Origin: an archaeon
Lineage (GTDB): Archaea > Iainarchaeota > Iainarchaeia > Iainarchaeales > 1-14-0-10-31-34
Direction of reading: 5' to 3'
Length of the DNA: 17,060 nucleotides
NCBI GenBank assembly: GCA_043819075.1
Contig: JBDRFE010000005.1
Span: 1-17,060, forward strand
Each line of letters starts with the position of its first letter. Position 1 is the stretch's first letter. This document shows, in pieces, positions 1 to 7,252 of this stretch. Position numbers and translations under genes: made by a program. Below the pieces are notes generated by a model. That model did no database searches. It was not told the origin of the DNA and saw only the letters and a program-made list of their open reading frames with translations.

Positions 1-1
1 A

Positions 2-529
2 GACATTCTCAGAATAGTTGAATTTGAATTAGTTTACATAAAACTCATTAGCGGTCATCCTGCAATGACATTCAAACTGACAACAAACAATGATTATATT
101 CAGGTTAAAACAAAAATCCAGAATGTCGGGCCAGTAGACAAAAACGCTGACATGAATCTACTCGTATACAACGCAGAAACAGGAGTGCTTGTAACAGAAC
201 AGCATTCCCTTAACTCTGTAAAAATTGCTGCAGGAACAATTCTTTCAAAAGACTACAATATTAACGTAAGCAACTGGGAGCCGGCAAACTATAAAATAAA
301 ATTTGATGTAAAAACAAACCCTGATTTCCCGCCAGAACAAAACACAGAAAACAATCATTCAAGCACAATAGTGTCAATGCTAAAAGAAGCAAGAGAAATT
401 ACTGCAAGCGAATTAACAGTATTTATTTTACCGGGAATACTGCTGATAATACTGTTAATATTGAACAAAGAAAAAATCAGCGGAATTCTCTCAAAAAAGA
501 AAATCAACCCTGAAAAGAAAAAAAAGTAA
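2..529 (+). CDS. C-terminal part of a surface/secreted protein with a CARDB-like Ig-fold domain and C-terminal membrane anchor (5'-truncated by window edge)
   Basis: The frame is open from position 2 (DILRIVEFELVYIKLISGHPA-M...), so the ATG at 65 is probably internal. Beta-rich pattern 'VKTKIQNVG...YKIKFDV...PEQNTENN' resembles CARDB (N-x-G and E-x-N-x-x-NN). It is followed by a hydrophobic helix (LTVFILPGILLIILLIL) and a Lys-rich tail. Confidence 0.6.
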   Translation, partial: DILRIVEFELVYIKLISGHPAMTFKLTTNNDYIQVKTKIQNVGPVDKNADMNLLVYNAETGVLVTEQHSLNSVKIAAGTILSKDYNINVSNWEPANYKIKFDVKTNPDFPPEQNTENNHSSTIVSMLKEAREITASELTVFILPGILLIILLILNKEKISGILSKKKINPEKKKK

Positions 530-536
530 AAAAAAT

Positions 537-1058
537 TCATTGCTTTTTTGCTTGAACTGGATGCTTTCTTTTTTCTTCTAAAGCTGTTTCAGAAACGTTT
601 TTCATCAGTTTATTGGAAATCCAGCCGCCTAAGCCGGAAAAAACAAAGACAAGGAAAGCAGAATCCCTTAAAACACTCCAGAACTCGAATAAATCAGTTG
701 TATTAACTGTCTGCCCTTGTGCGCTAGCAAGAGAAGAAATATTAGAGTAATACCAGAATAACTGAACATAAAATGCAATAAAAGACAATACAACAAAAAG
801 CAAGGGAAAGTAAACTGAAGAAGCAAAGCCTGTCTTAAAATAATCATTAGCCCAGTCAATCAAAAAATAAATGAAAAAAAAGCCAATTAAAGGCATTAAA
901 TAAAAAGTGTAGTCAAGCATGCTTGGATTCAAGGTAAAACCCCATTCATGTAATGCAAAATCAGCGCCGATTGCCTTGGTCACTGAAGGCAGGAAAAAAA
1001 GTAAAAAATAAGTAACCAGAAACAATACAATTAATTTGCTTGCATCCCTTGAATTCAT
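537..1058 (-). CDS. Hypothetical integral membrane protein (about 4 TM helices)
   Basis: 173-aa ORF with ATG start and four hydrophobic segments. It fills the gap between the convergent upstream gene and the divergent rfcS. No family recognised. Confidence 0.7.
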   Translation of the reverse strand: MNSRDASKLIVLFLVTYFLLFFLPSVTKAIGADFALHEWGFTLNPSMLDYTFYLMPLIGFFFIYFLIDWANDYFKTGFASSVYFPLLFVVLSFIAFYVQLFWYYSNISSLASAQGQTVNTTDLFEFWSVLRDSAFLVFVFSGLGGWISNKLMKNVSETALEEKRKHPVQAKKQ

Positions 1059-1140
1059 TCAAAAACACTTTTTTAGAAGTTAATAGAAAACCTTTATTGC
1101 AATTAATTTAAAACAATTGCTTTCCAAGAGTTTTTGTATC

Positions 1141-2106
1141 ATGAACGAAGACGGACTGCCTTGGGTGGAAAAATACAGGCCAAAAAAATTAAATGAAGTT
1201 GTCGGCCAAGAAGAAATAACCAAAAGGCTTGAAGCTTTTGTGAAAAACAAGTCTTTGCCAAATTTATTGTTTTCTGGTCCGGCAGGAATCGGAAAGACAA
1301 GCTCTGCTGTTGCACTGGCAAAAGAATTATACACCAACGGATTTGAAAGAAATTTCCTTGAATTAAATGCATCAGATGAAAGAGGCATTGAAGTTGTAAG
1401 AAAAACAATAAAAGATTTTGCAAGAACAATGGCTTTTGATGCAGACTTTAAAATAATTTTCTTGGATGAAGCTGACTCCCTTACAACAGACGCACAACAG
1501 GCTTTGAGAAGGACAATGGAGCGCTTTACAAAAACCTGTAGATTTATTTTGTCATGCAATTATTCTTCAAAAATAATGGAACCATTGCAGTCAAGATGCG
1601 TTGTTTTCAGGTTCAAGCCATTGCATTCAAAAGAAATTGAAAAAAAGCTTTTGCAGGTGGCAAAAAAAGAAAGCCTTGAATTAAAGGAAAACTCTTTGAA
1701 AGCAATAAATTATGTTGCGCAAGGCGATTTAAGAAAAGCAATTAATGTGTTACAGGCAAGCGCTTCAGCCGGCCCAAAAATAAACGAAGACACAATATTT
1801 AATGTGAGTTCAAAAGCAAAACCACATGAAATAAAAGAATTAATTAATTTAGCTTTGGAAAAAAAATTCCTTGAAGCAAGAGAAAAACTTGATGCATTAT
1901 TATACGATTATGGAATGAGCGGAGAAGACATTATTTTACAGTTATACAGGGAATTAATTGAAATGGATGAAAAAGAAATGGATGGAAAAACAAAAATTGA
2001 CTTAATCGACAAAATAGGGGAATTCAATTTCAGAATAGTTGAAGGCGCAAACGAAAGAATCCAGTTAGAAGCTTTAATCGCACAATTCATGAAATACAGG
2101 AAATGA
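1141..2106 (+). CDS. rfcS: Replication factor C small subunit (archaeal clamp loader)
   Basis: PWVEKYRP (RFC box II), Walker A GPAGIGKT, ELNASDERG, Walker B IFLDEAD, LQSRC motif, GDLRKAIN. ATG 1141 is preferred over the TTG at 1117 because a TTTAAAA box lies at 1107-1113. No intein. Confidence 0.96.
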   Translation: MNEDGLPWVEKYRPKKLNEVVGQEEITKRLEAFVKNKSLPNLLFSGPAGIGKTSSAVALAKELYTNGFERNFLELNASDERGIEVVRKTIKDFARTMAFDADFKIIFLDEADSLTTDAQQALRRTMERFTKTCRFILSCNYSSKIMEPLQSRCVVFRFKPLHSKEIEKKLLQVAKKESLELKENSLKAINYVAQGDLRKAINVLQASASAGPKINEDTIFNVSSKAKPHEIKELINLALEKKFLEAREKLDALLYDYGMSGEDIILQLYRELIEMDEKEMDGKTKIDLIDKIGEFNFRIVEGANERIQLEALIAQFMKYRK

Positions 2107-2202
2107 AATTTATGCAGCACGAGTTTATCTCGTGCGTCGCTACTAACGCGCGAAAGCGTTACTTGCCTTTCTTAAAGGCAGTTTATGAAATACAAGAAAT
2201 AA
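2083..2202 (+). repeat. Imperfect 24-bp direct repeat of the rfcS 3' end (2083-2106 and 2179-2202) flanking a GC-rich hairpin cluster
   Basis: CAATTCATGAAATACAGGAAATGA vs CAGTTTATGAAATACAAGAAATAA, 20/24 identical, 96 bp apart. They encode QFMKYRK* and QFMKYKK*. A partial third copy AATACACGAAATAA lies at 2201-2214. Confidence 0.85.
2114..2181. other. GC-rich element with three tandem stem-loops (possible MITE/REP-like insert, integration scar or structured RNA)
   Basis: Stems GCACGAG/CTCGTGC (2117-2123/2129-2135), TAACGC/GCGTTA (2144-2149/2156-2161, loop ends in GAAA), TGCCTTT/AAAGGCA (2164-2170/2174-2180). 35 of 68 bases are G+C in visibly AT-rich surroundings. Confidence 0.65.
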
Positions 2203-2257
2203 TACACGAAATAAAGTTAGCATAAAAGTTAAATAATTCAAGTTCCCTAATATATGA

Positions 2258-2722
2258 ATGAGTTTTCTTGCCGGAGCAATCGGATTTGTTTTTCCCGGTG
2301 CGGGACAGGTATTAAACAGAAAATACTGGGATGGGTTAATTATTTTTGGCTCATGGCTGTTATGGCTGTTTGTTTCAAGGTTCTTGCTTGAACTTGAAAT
2401 CGAATTAATTGTTGTTGGTTCACTGGCTTTTTCAGTTTACAGTGCATTTGATGCATCAACTTTTGACAGAAAAAAAATAAGAGAAGAGGACTCGCAGATG
2501 AAAGAATTCCATGACTTGCAAGAAGAAGAAGAAGAAAAAATAGAACTTGAATTATCCAAAATACGGGAACTGCTTGAAAAAAACCTTGAAAAAGAATTCA
2601 ATTCATTTAAAATACTTGAAATGGAAAAAAAAGGCGGAGAAATAAAAGCCAAGGCAGAAATTGAAGGAAAATTTGTTGAATTAACTGTTTCGCTGGCAGG
2701 CGAAATATTAAGCGTGAAATAA
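2258..2722 (+). CDS. Hypothetical membrane protein (TM2-like N-terminus, acidic linker, small soluble C-terminal domain)
   Basis: 'FVFPGAGQV...KYWDGLII' matches the PGxG(Q/H) pattern of TM2-like proteins. Glu-rich linker. TTAAATAA box at 2229-2236. Confidence 0.7.
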   Translation: MSFLAGAIGFVFPGAGQVLNRKYWDGLIIFGSWLLWLFVSRFLLELEIELIVVGSLAFSVYSAFDASTFDRKKIREEDSQMKEFHDLQEEEEEKIELELSKIRELLEKNLEKEFNSFKILEMEKKGGEIKAKAEIEGKFVELTVSLAGEILSVK

Positions 2723-3949
2723 CTAAAAAAAATCTGAAATCTTTTTCTGCTGCAAATCCCCTAAAACTTTTGATTCCTTTAAGTAAAGCTTTATTGGAAC
2801 AGTTAAATGAGATGAAAGAAATTTTAATGCCAGCTCCAAATCAAAAAACCTTAAAGGCTTTTTCTTTAATGCATCTCTCACAGTTTCACGAATCACCCAA
2901 ACACCTAAAGGAATTTCGTATCCTTCGCCTATTTCCCTGAAAACAACTGCTTTTGCCTGTCTTCTTTTTTCAAACAAAAATTCGCTTACAGCCAGCCTTG
3001 AAGCATAATATGCTCCGGCAGTATTAGAAACATAATTTTTTCTTCCCTTGAATAACTCTGAATCAGCCATAACTTTCAAACTGCTTCCTTTCATCCAAAC
3101 TGACTCAGGCTTCCATGCCTCCAATTGTTCAAAACTCCAGTAACCCGGAATCAATAAAACAAAAAACCGGTTATCCAAGTAAGCCGACTGAAACAATTGA
3201 ATGAAATCCGTTTCCTTAAAATACTTTATTTTTTCAATCAAGTTTTTTGAAACCGTGTCATCCACTGCAGTAATGCTCCATCTTGTTGGAACCAGTTTTC
3301 TTTTCTTTTTTAACCCAAGCAGGCCTGCACTCAGGATTTTTTGCATGGAATTAACTGAAACATCAGAAGAATACAATTCTTTTAGCCCTTCACTGGAAAC
3401 AAGGTCTGTGTCAGAAACAATGTAATCAATTTTTTTCGGGATTTTCGGGTTTGAGTTCAAAGAAAATTTTTTGAGTTCAGCTTTTAGGCCGGAAGGGGCA
3501 TTAAAAGAATCAAAGGAAAGCTTTTGTGAAAGAATTTTGTTTAATTCAACTGAAACATCAACTGAATTTGAAGACATTACTGTTTCCTGAATCAAGGAAA
3601 GCTCGTTTGAAGGATTCTGTGCAGAAAAAACATCTATTTTTTTTCTCGGCTCAATCAATGACTCGCGCATTTCAACTATTTTTTCAGAAGAAAAGCCAAA
3701 CCAGTTTTCAGGTTCATCAAACACATCAACCCCTTCAGCTGGCTGAAAAGAAGAAAGCGGTGCAATTTCAACTTTAGGGTAATTATTCCAAGAAACAAAT
3801 AATCCAGGAGGAGAAACTCCGTCAAAAGAATTGTTTTTTATTCCAGAAACAAAGCCTGTTTTTCTTTTATAGCCTTCAAGGACTTTACACGAAGAACCGC
3901 ACCATAACCTGCCTTTGCATTGAATGCATTCCACGCCGTTAACTTTCAT
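2723..3949 (-). CDS. nreA: Nre family DNA repair protein (PCNA-interacting)
   Basis: N-terminal Cys cluster CIQCKGRLWCGSSC, conserved SPPGLFV, LVPTRWSITAVDD, GAYYASRLAV and PLGVWVIRETVR, and a C-terminal PIP box QKKISDFF. Start placed at ATG 3949; the longer track start overlaps thiN. Confidence 0.92.
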   Translation of the reverse strand: MKVNGVECIQCKGRLWCGSSCKVLEGYKRKTGFVSGIKNNSFDGVSPPGLFVSWNNYPKVEIAPLSSFQPAEGVDVFDEPENWFGFSSEKIVEMRESLIEPRKKIDVFSAQNPSNELSLIQETVMSSNSVDVSVELNKILSQKLSFDSFNAPSGLKAELKKFSLNSNPKIPKKIDYIVSDTDLVSSEGLKELYSSDVSVNSMQKILSAGLLGLKKKRKLVPTRWSITAVDDTVSKNLIEKIKYFKETDFIQLFQSAYLDNRFFVLLIPGYWSFEQLEAWKPESVWMKGSSLKVMADSELFKGRKNYVSNTAGAYYASRLAVSEFLFEKRRQAKAVVFREIGEGYEIPLGVWVIRETVRDALKKKPLRFFDLELALKFLSSHLTVPIKLYLKESKVLGDLQQKKISDFF

Positions 3950-4006
3950 AAAAAAAAGAGAGAAGAATAAAAATAAGAAATGATTGAAGGAACTTTTTTT
4001 TATGAA
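3945..4006. repeat. Perfect 14-bp inverted repeat containing both start codons of divergent nreA/thiN, enclosing a 34-bp probable bidirectional promoter
   Basis: 3945-3958 TTCATAAAAAAAAG and 3993-4006 CTTTTTTTTATGAA are exact reverse complements. Confidence 0.6.
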
Positions 4007-4637
4007 GAAAGCAGTCCTTGTATGCAATGGAAGCATTGACACTAAATTCCTTTACTCTTTTATTTCAGAAGGCGATTTCATTATTGCAGTTGACGGCGGC
4101 GCAAACAAATTAATAAAAACAAATTTCAGGCCAGATGTAATAATAGGCGACATGGACTCTATTTCAAAAAATTCTCTGAAAAAATTCAGGTCAGTAAAAA
4201 AAATCGTTTTTCCAAGAGAAAAAGACAAAATTGATTTAGAGCTTGCAATAGATTACTGTATTGAAAAAAAATTCAGTGAAATAATTATTTTAGGGGCAAT
4301 AGGCACAAGAGCCGACATGACAATAACAAATATTTTTGCTTTAATGCAGATTCCGAAAAAAATCAATGCAAAAATAATCCACGAAAACCAGGAAATATAT
4401 TTAATCCCGAAAAAAAGGTTTTCAGTTGAAGGGGTTCCAGGCGAAAAAATTTCTTTGTTTGCAATAAAAGGCGATGTTGTTGGATTGACGTTAAAAGGCT
4501 TTAAATACGAGCTCAAAAACTTCAGGTTAAAGTTCGGGATAGGAATCGGCTTAAGCAATGAATTTAAAAACAAAAAAGCTTGGATTACGTCAAAAGACGG
4601 AATTCTGTTATGCGTGCATTTCAGGAACTGGTTTTGA
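4002..4637 (+). CDS. thiN: Thiamine pyrophosphokinase
   Basis: IIAVDGGAN, PDVIIGDMDS, EKDKIDLELA, GAIGTRAD, GLTLKGFKY and GLSNE motifs; adjacent to the thiamine ABC transporter. ATG 4002 preferred over TTG 3984. Confidence 0.93.
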   Translation: MKKAVLVCNGSIDTKFLYSFISEGDFIIAVDGGANKLIKTNFRPDVIIGDMDSISKNSLKKFRSVKKIVFPREKDKIDLELAIDYCIEKKFSEIIILGAIGTRADMTITNIFALMQIPKKINAKIIHENQEIYLIPKKRFSVEGVPGEKISLFAIKGDVVGLTLKGFKYELKNFRLKFGIGIGLSNEFKNKKAWITSKDGILLCVHFRNWF

Positions 4638-4667
4638 ATTTAAAGCTTTCACCTGCTTTTTTTATTC

Positions 4668-5687
4668 ATGGATTCAATAAAAAAAACTGTTTTATTTATT
4701 GCATTAATTTTCTTTTTTTCAGGATGCATCCAACAGGAACAGACAGGAAAAAAAGAATTAGTTGTTTACACATACGATTCAATGGTATCAGAATACGGTT
4801 TAGGCCCGAAAATCATTCCGGAATTTGAAAAAACATGCAACTGCAAAGTTAAAATGGTTTCAAAAGGAGACGCAGGACAGGTATTAACAACTCTTGTGCT
4901 TGAAAAAGATAACCCAAAAGCAGATGTTGTGATTGGAATAGACAACAGCCTTTTTTCCAAGGCACTGGAAAAAAACGTGTTAGAGGAATTCACTCCAAAA
5001 AACATTGAAGTAATTTCAGAAGGAATAAGCTTTTACAAAAAAGGCTTTCTTACTCCGTTTGATTACGGTTTTATTGCATTCATGTATGACTCAAAAAAAA
5101 TTGATGTAAACCTGAACAGCTTTGATTCATTGCTTGATTCAAGGCTTGAAAAAAAAGTTGTAATAGAAAACCCAAGGACTTCTTCTCCTGGATTAGCTTT
5201 ATTGTTATGGACTGTAAAAGTTTTCGGAGACCCGGACTATAAGCAGTTTTGGAGGGAATTCAAGCCAAACATTTTAGTTGTGACAGATGGCTGGGATGAA
5301 GCAGCTGGTTTGTTCAGGGTAGGAGAAGCTCCAATTTATTTAAGTTATGCCACTTCACCCCCGTATTACGCTGAATTCGAGGACATAAACTATTTTCTTG
5401 CAGCAGAATTTGAAGAAGGGCATTACATTCAAGTGGAAGGAATTGGAATAGTTAAAGGAACAAAAAACAGAAAACTGGCAGAACAGTTTATTGAATTCAT
5501 GTTAACAGAAAAAGCACAAAAAGAAATTCCTTTCACTCAATTTATGTTTCCTGTTAACAAAAACGTTGAACTGCCAAAAGCATTTGAGTATGCAGTAAAG
5601 CCAAAACCATTAGAGCTTGACCCAAAATTAGTTGAAGAAAAACAAGAGGAATGGATTAGAGAATGGGAAAAAATAATTACTTCATAG
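4668..5687 (+). CDS. thiB: Thiamine ABC transporter substrate-binding lipoprotein
   Basis: Signal peptide with lipobox SG-C20. LVVYTYDS, PKADVVIGIDN, PFDYG, PRTSSPGL, LSYATSP and GHYIQVEG motifs of the ThiB/TbpA family. Confidence 0.92.
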   Translation: MDSIKKTVLFIALIFFFSGCIQQEQTGKKELVVYTYDSMVSEYGLGPKIIPEFEKTCNCKVKMVSKGDAGQVLTTLVLEKDNPKADVVIGIDNSLFSKALEKNVLEEFTPKNIEVISEGISFYKKGFLTPFDYGFIAFMYDSKKIDVNLNSFDSLLDSRLEKKVVIENPRTSSPGLALLLWTVKVFGDPDYKQFWREFKPNILVVTDGWDEAAGLFRVGEAPIYLSYATSPPYYAEFEDINYFLAAEFEEGHYIQVEGIGIVKGTKNRKLAEQFIEFMLTEKAQKEIPFTQFMFPVNKNVELPKAFEYAVKPKPLELDPKLVEEKQEEWIREWEKIITS

Positions 5688-7252
5688 CATTAAAGGCTTT
5701 TTTTCTTGCATTCTTTTTTTTCTTCTTTTTTTATCCACTGATTTTAATGCTTGGAAAAACGTTTTCAGGCTTCAGCATTAATTTTTTTTTAAGCGTTCTT
5801 TTTTCTAACCAGAAACTAATCTGGAATTCTTTTTTTCAGGCAGGAATTTCAACTTTGCTGTGCCTGTTAATAGGAATTCCCGCGGCATTTGTCCTTGCGA
5901 GAAGAACTTTTAAAGGAAAAAAATTTGTTAAAGCACTTTCATTAATCCCTTTTGTTTTTCCTTCAATTTTAGTGGTAATTTCTTTTGTCATTGTTTTCGG
6001 AAACAATGGCTGGATAAATTTTTTTCTCAAAAAAGTTTTTTTAGGGGAAGAACACATACAATTTTTGTATGGTTTTACAGGAATAATTTTAGCGCACACT
6101 TTCTATAATTTTCCTATAGTAATGCGTTTTGTTTCAGGGGCATGGGAAAAAATAGATGTGACAATGAAGGAAGCGGCAAAAAGCCTTGGCGCAAGCAAAC
6201 CACAGGTTTTCTTTAATGTGACTTTAAGGCAGTTAATGCCTTCAATTCTTGCTTCAGCTTCACTTGTATTCATTTACTGTTTCATGAGCTTTGCAATAGT
6301 AATAACTTTGGGGGGATTACAGTTTTCTACTCTGGAAGTTGAAATTTACAGGCAGATTACAAGAAACATTGATTTTGTTGCAGGAGGCTTTCTTGCTTTA
6401 ATCCAGTTTATTGTGCTTGGTTCAATCGGACTGATTTATTTTTATTTTTCAAAAAAATTTGAAATAAAAGAAAAAGTTGTCTTAGAAAAGCCAAAAAAGA
6501 TTTCTTTGGTTGAAGGAATTTTTTTGCTTGCATTAATTTCTTTTATTGTTCTGCCTGTAATTGCTTTAATTGCTTTTTCTTTTTTTGATTTCAGTTCAAG
6601 GGAATTTTCTTTCAGGGCATTTGAAAAAATCTTTTTTTCAGGTTACGGCGGTTTTTTTGGAGTAAACGCATTTAACTCGGTTTTTTTCAGCTTATTGATT
6701 GCAGGCATTGCATCAGTTGCCGCAACTTTGCTGGCTTTAATTGCTTCCCTTAAACAGACAAAAGTTTTTGCAGTAAATGTTTTTGTTGCATCATCTGTTG
6801 CTGTCTCGGTTATAACTCTTGCATTTGGTTACTTGCTTGGATTTGGCTCAGGAAACTTAATTGTAATTGCTTTAGGGCATTCAGTTTTAGCTTTTCCTTT
6901 TGCTTTCAGGGCAATAAACAATGCGTTAAACAAGATTGACAATGAAAGCCTTGAAGCAGCAAAAAGCCTTGGAGCAGATGAAACAGAAGTTTTTAAGAAA
7001 ATCCAGTTTCCAAGAATAAAAAATGCTTTGATTGTTTCACTTGCATTCTGTTTTGCTGTTTCTTTAGGAGAATTAGGCTTTGTTCTGGTGTTATATGACG
7101 GGGTTTATGCTACAATGCCTGTTTATGTTTTCAGGCTGCTTTCAACTTTTGACTTGGCTGCAGCTTCTGCAATGGGGTTAATATTAATTTTAACCAGCTT
7201 TATTGCTTTTTATGCAATAGAATTTTTTTCTGAAAACGAGCAGGTGATTTAA
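5663..7252 (+). CDS. thiP: Thiamine ABC transporter permease (fused double BPD_transp domain)
   Basis: Polytopic membrane protein with two EAAKSLGA loops, LAHTFYNFP and TLEVEIY motifs. Lies between thiB and the ATPase; overlaps thiB by 25 bp. Confidence 0.9.
   Translation: MGKNNYFIALKAFFLAFFFFFFFYPLILMLGKTFSGFSINFFLSVLFSNQKLIWNSFFQAGISTLLCLLIGIPAAFVLARRTFKGKKFVKALSLIPFVFPSILVVISFVIVFGNNGWINFFLKKVFLGEEHIQFLYGFTGIILAHTFYNFPIVMRFVSGAWEKIDVTMKEAAKSLGASKPQVFFNVTLRQLMPSILASASLVFIYCFMSFAIVITLGGLQFSTLEVEIYRQITRNIDFVAGGFLALIQFIVLGSIGLIYFYFSKKFEIKEKVVLEKPKKISLVEGIFLLALISFIVLPVIALIAFSFFDFSSREFSFRAFEKIFFSGYGGFFGVNAFNSVFFSLLIAGIASVAATLLALIASLKQTKVFAVNVFVASSVAVSVITLAFGYLLGFGSGNLIVIALGHSVLAFPFAFRAINNALNKIDNESLEAAKSLGADETEVFKKIQFPRIKNALIVSLAFCFAVSLGELGFVLVLYDGVYATMPVYVFRLLSTFDLAAASAMGLILILTSFIAFYAIEFFSENEQVI

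Noticed and set aside
1099..1120. GCAATT...AATTGC inverted repeat around the rfcS TATA box
   Set aside because: Only 6 bp per arm in AT-rich DNA, not distinguishable from chance.
2104..2181. rfcS TGA as selenocysteine/readthrough codon with a downstream SECIS-like GAAA hairpin
   Set aside because: RFC-S ends at its normal C-terminus. Readthrough would add 22 unremarkable residues and stop at TAA 2173-2175, before reaching the second repeat copy.
2110..2185. Three-hairpin element as a tRNA gene/fragment or hammerhead ribozyme
   Set aside because: No acceptor stem, no GTTCRA T-loop and no CTGANGA core on either strand.
2083..2214. Direct repeats as a mini CRISPR array
   Set aside because: The repeat is the coding end of rfcS, there are only two imperfect full copies, the 72-nt spacer is itself structured, and no cas genes are in the window.
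3950..4042. Apparent overlap of nreA (track start 4042) and thiN (track start 3984)
   Set aside because: Artefact of longest-ORF starts. Family-like sequence begins at ATG 3949 and ATG 4002, leaving a 52-bp gap.
5697..5735. Long T-rich tract at the start of thiP as a phase-variation or frameshift site
   Set aside because: It encodes a Phe-rich first TM helix in frame, and homopolymer runs are common throughout this AT-rich window.
6170..6976. DNA repeat GAAGCRGCAAAAAGCCTTGGMGCA at 6170-6193 and 6953-6976
   Set aside because: These are the two EAA loops expected in a fused two-domain ABC permease.
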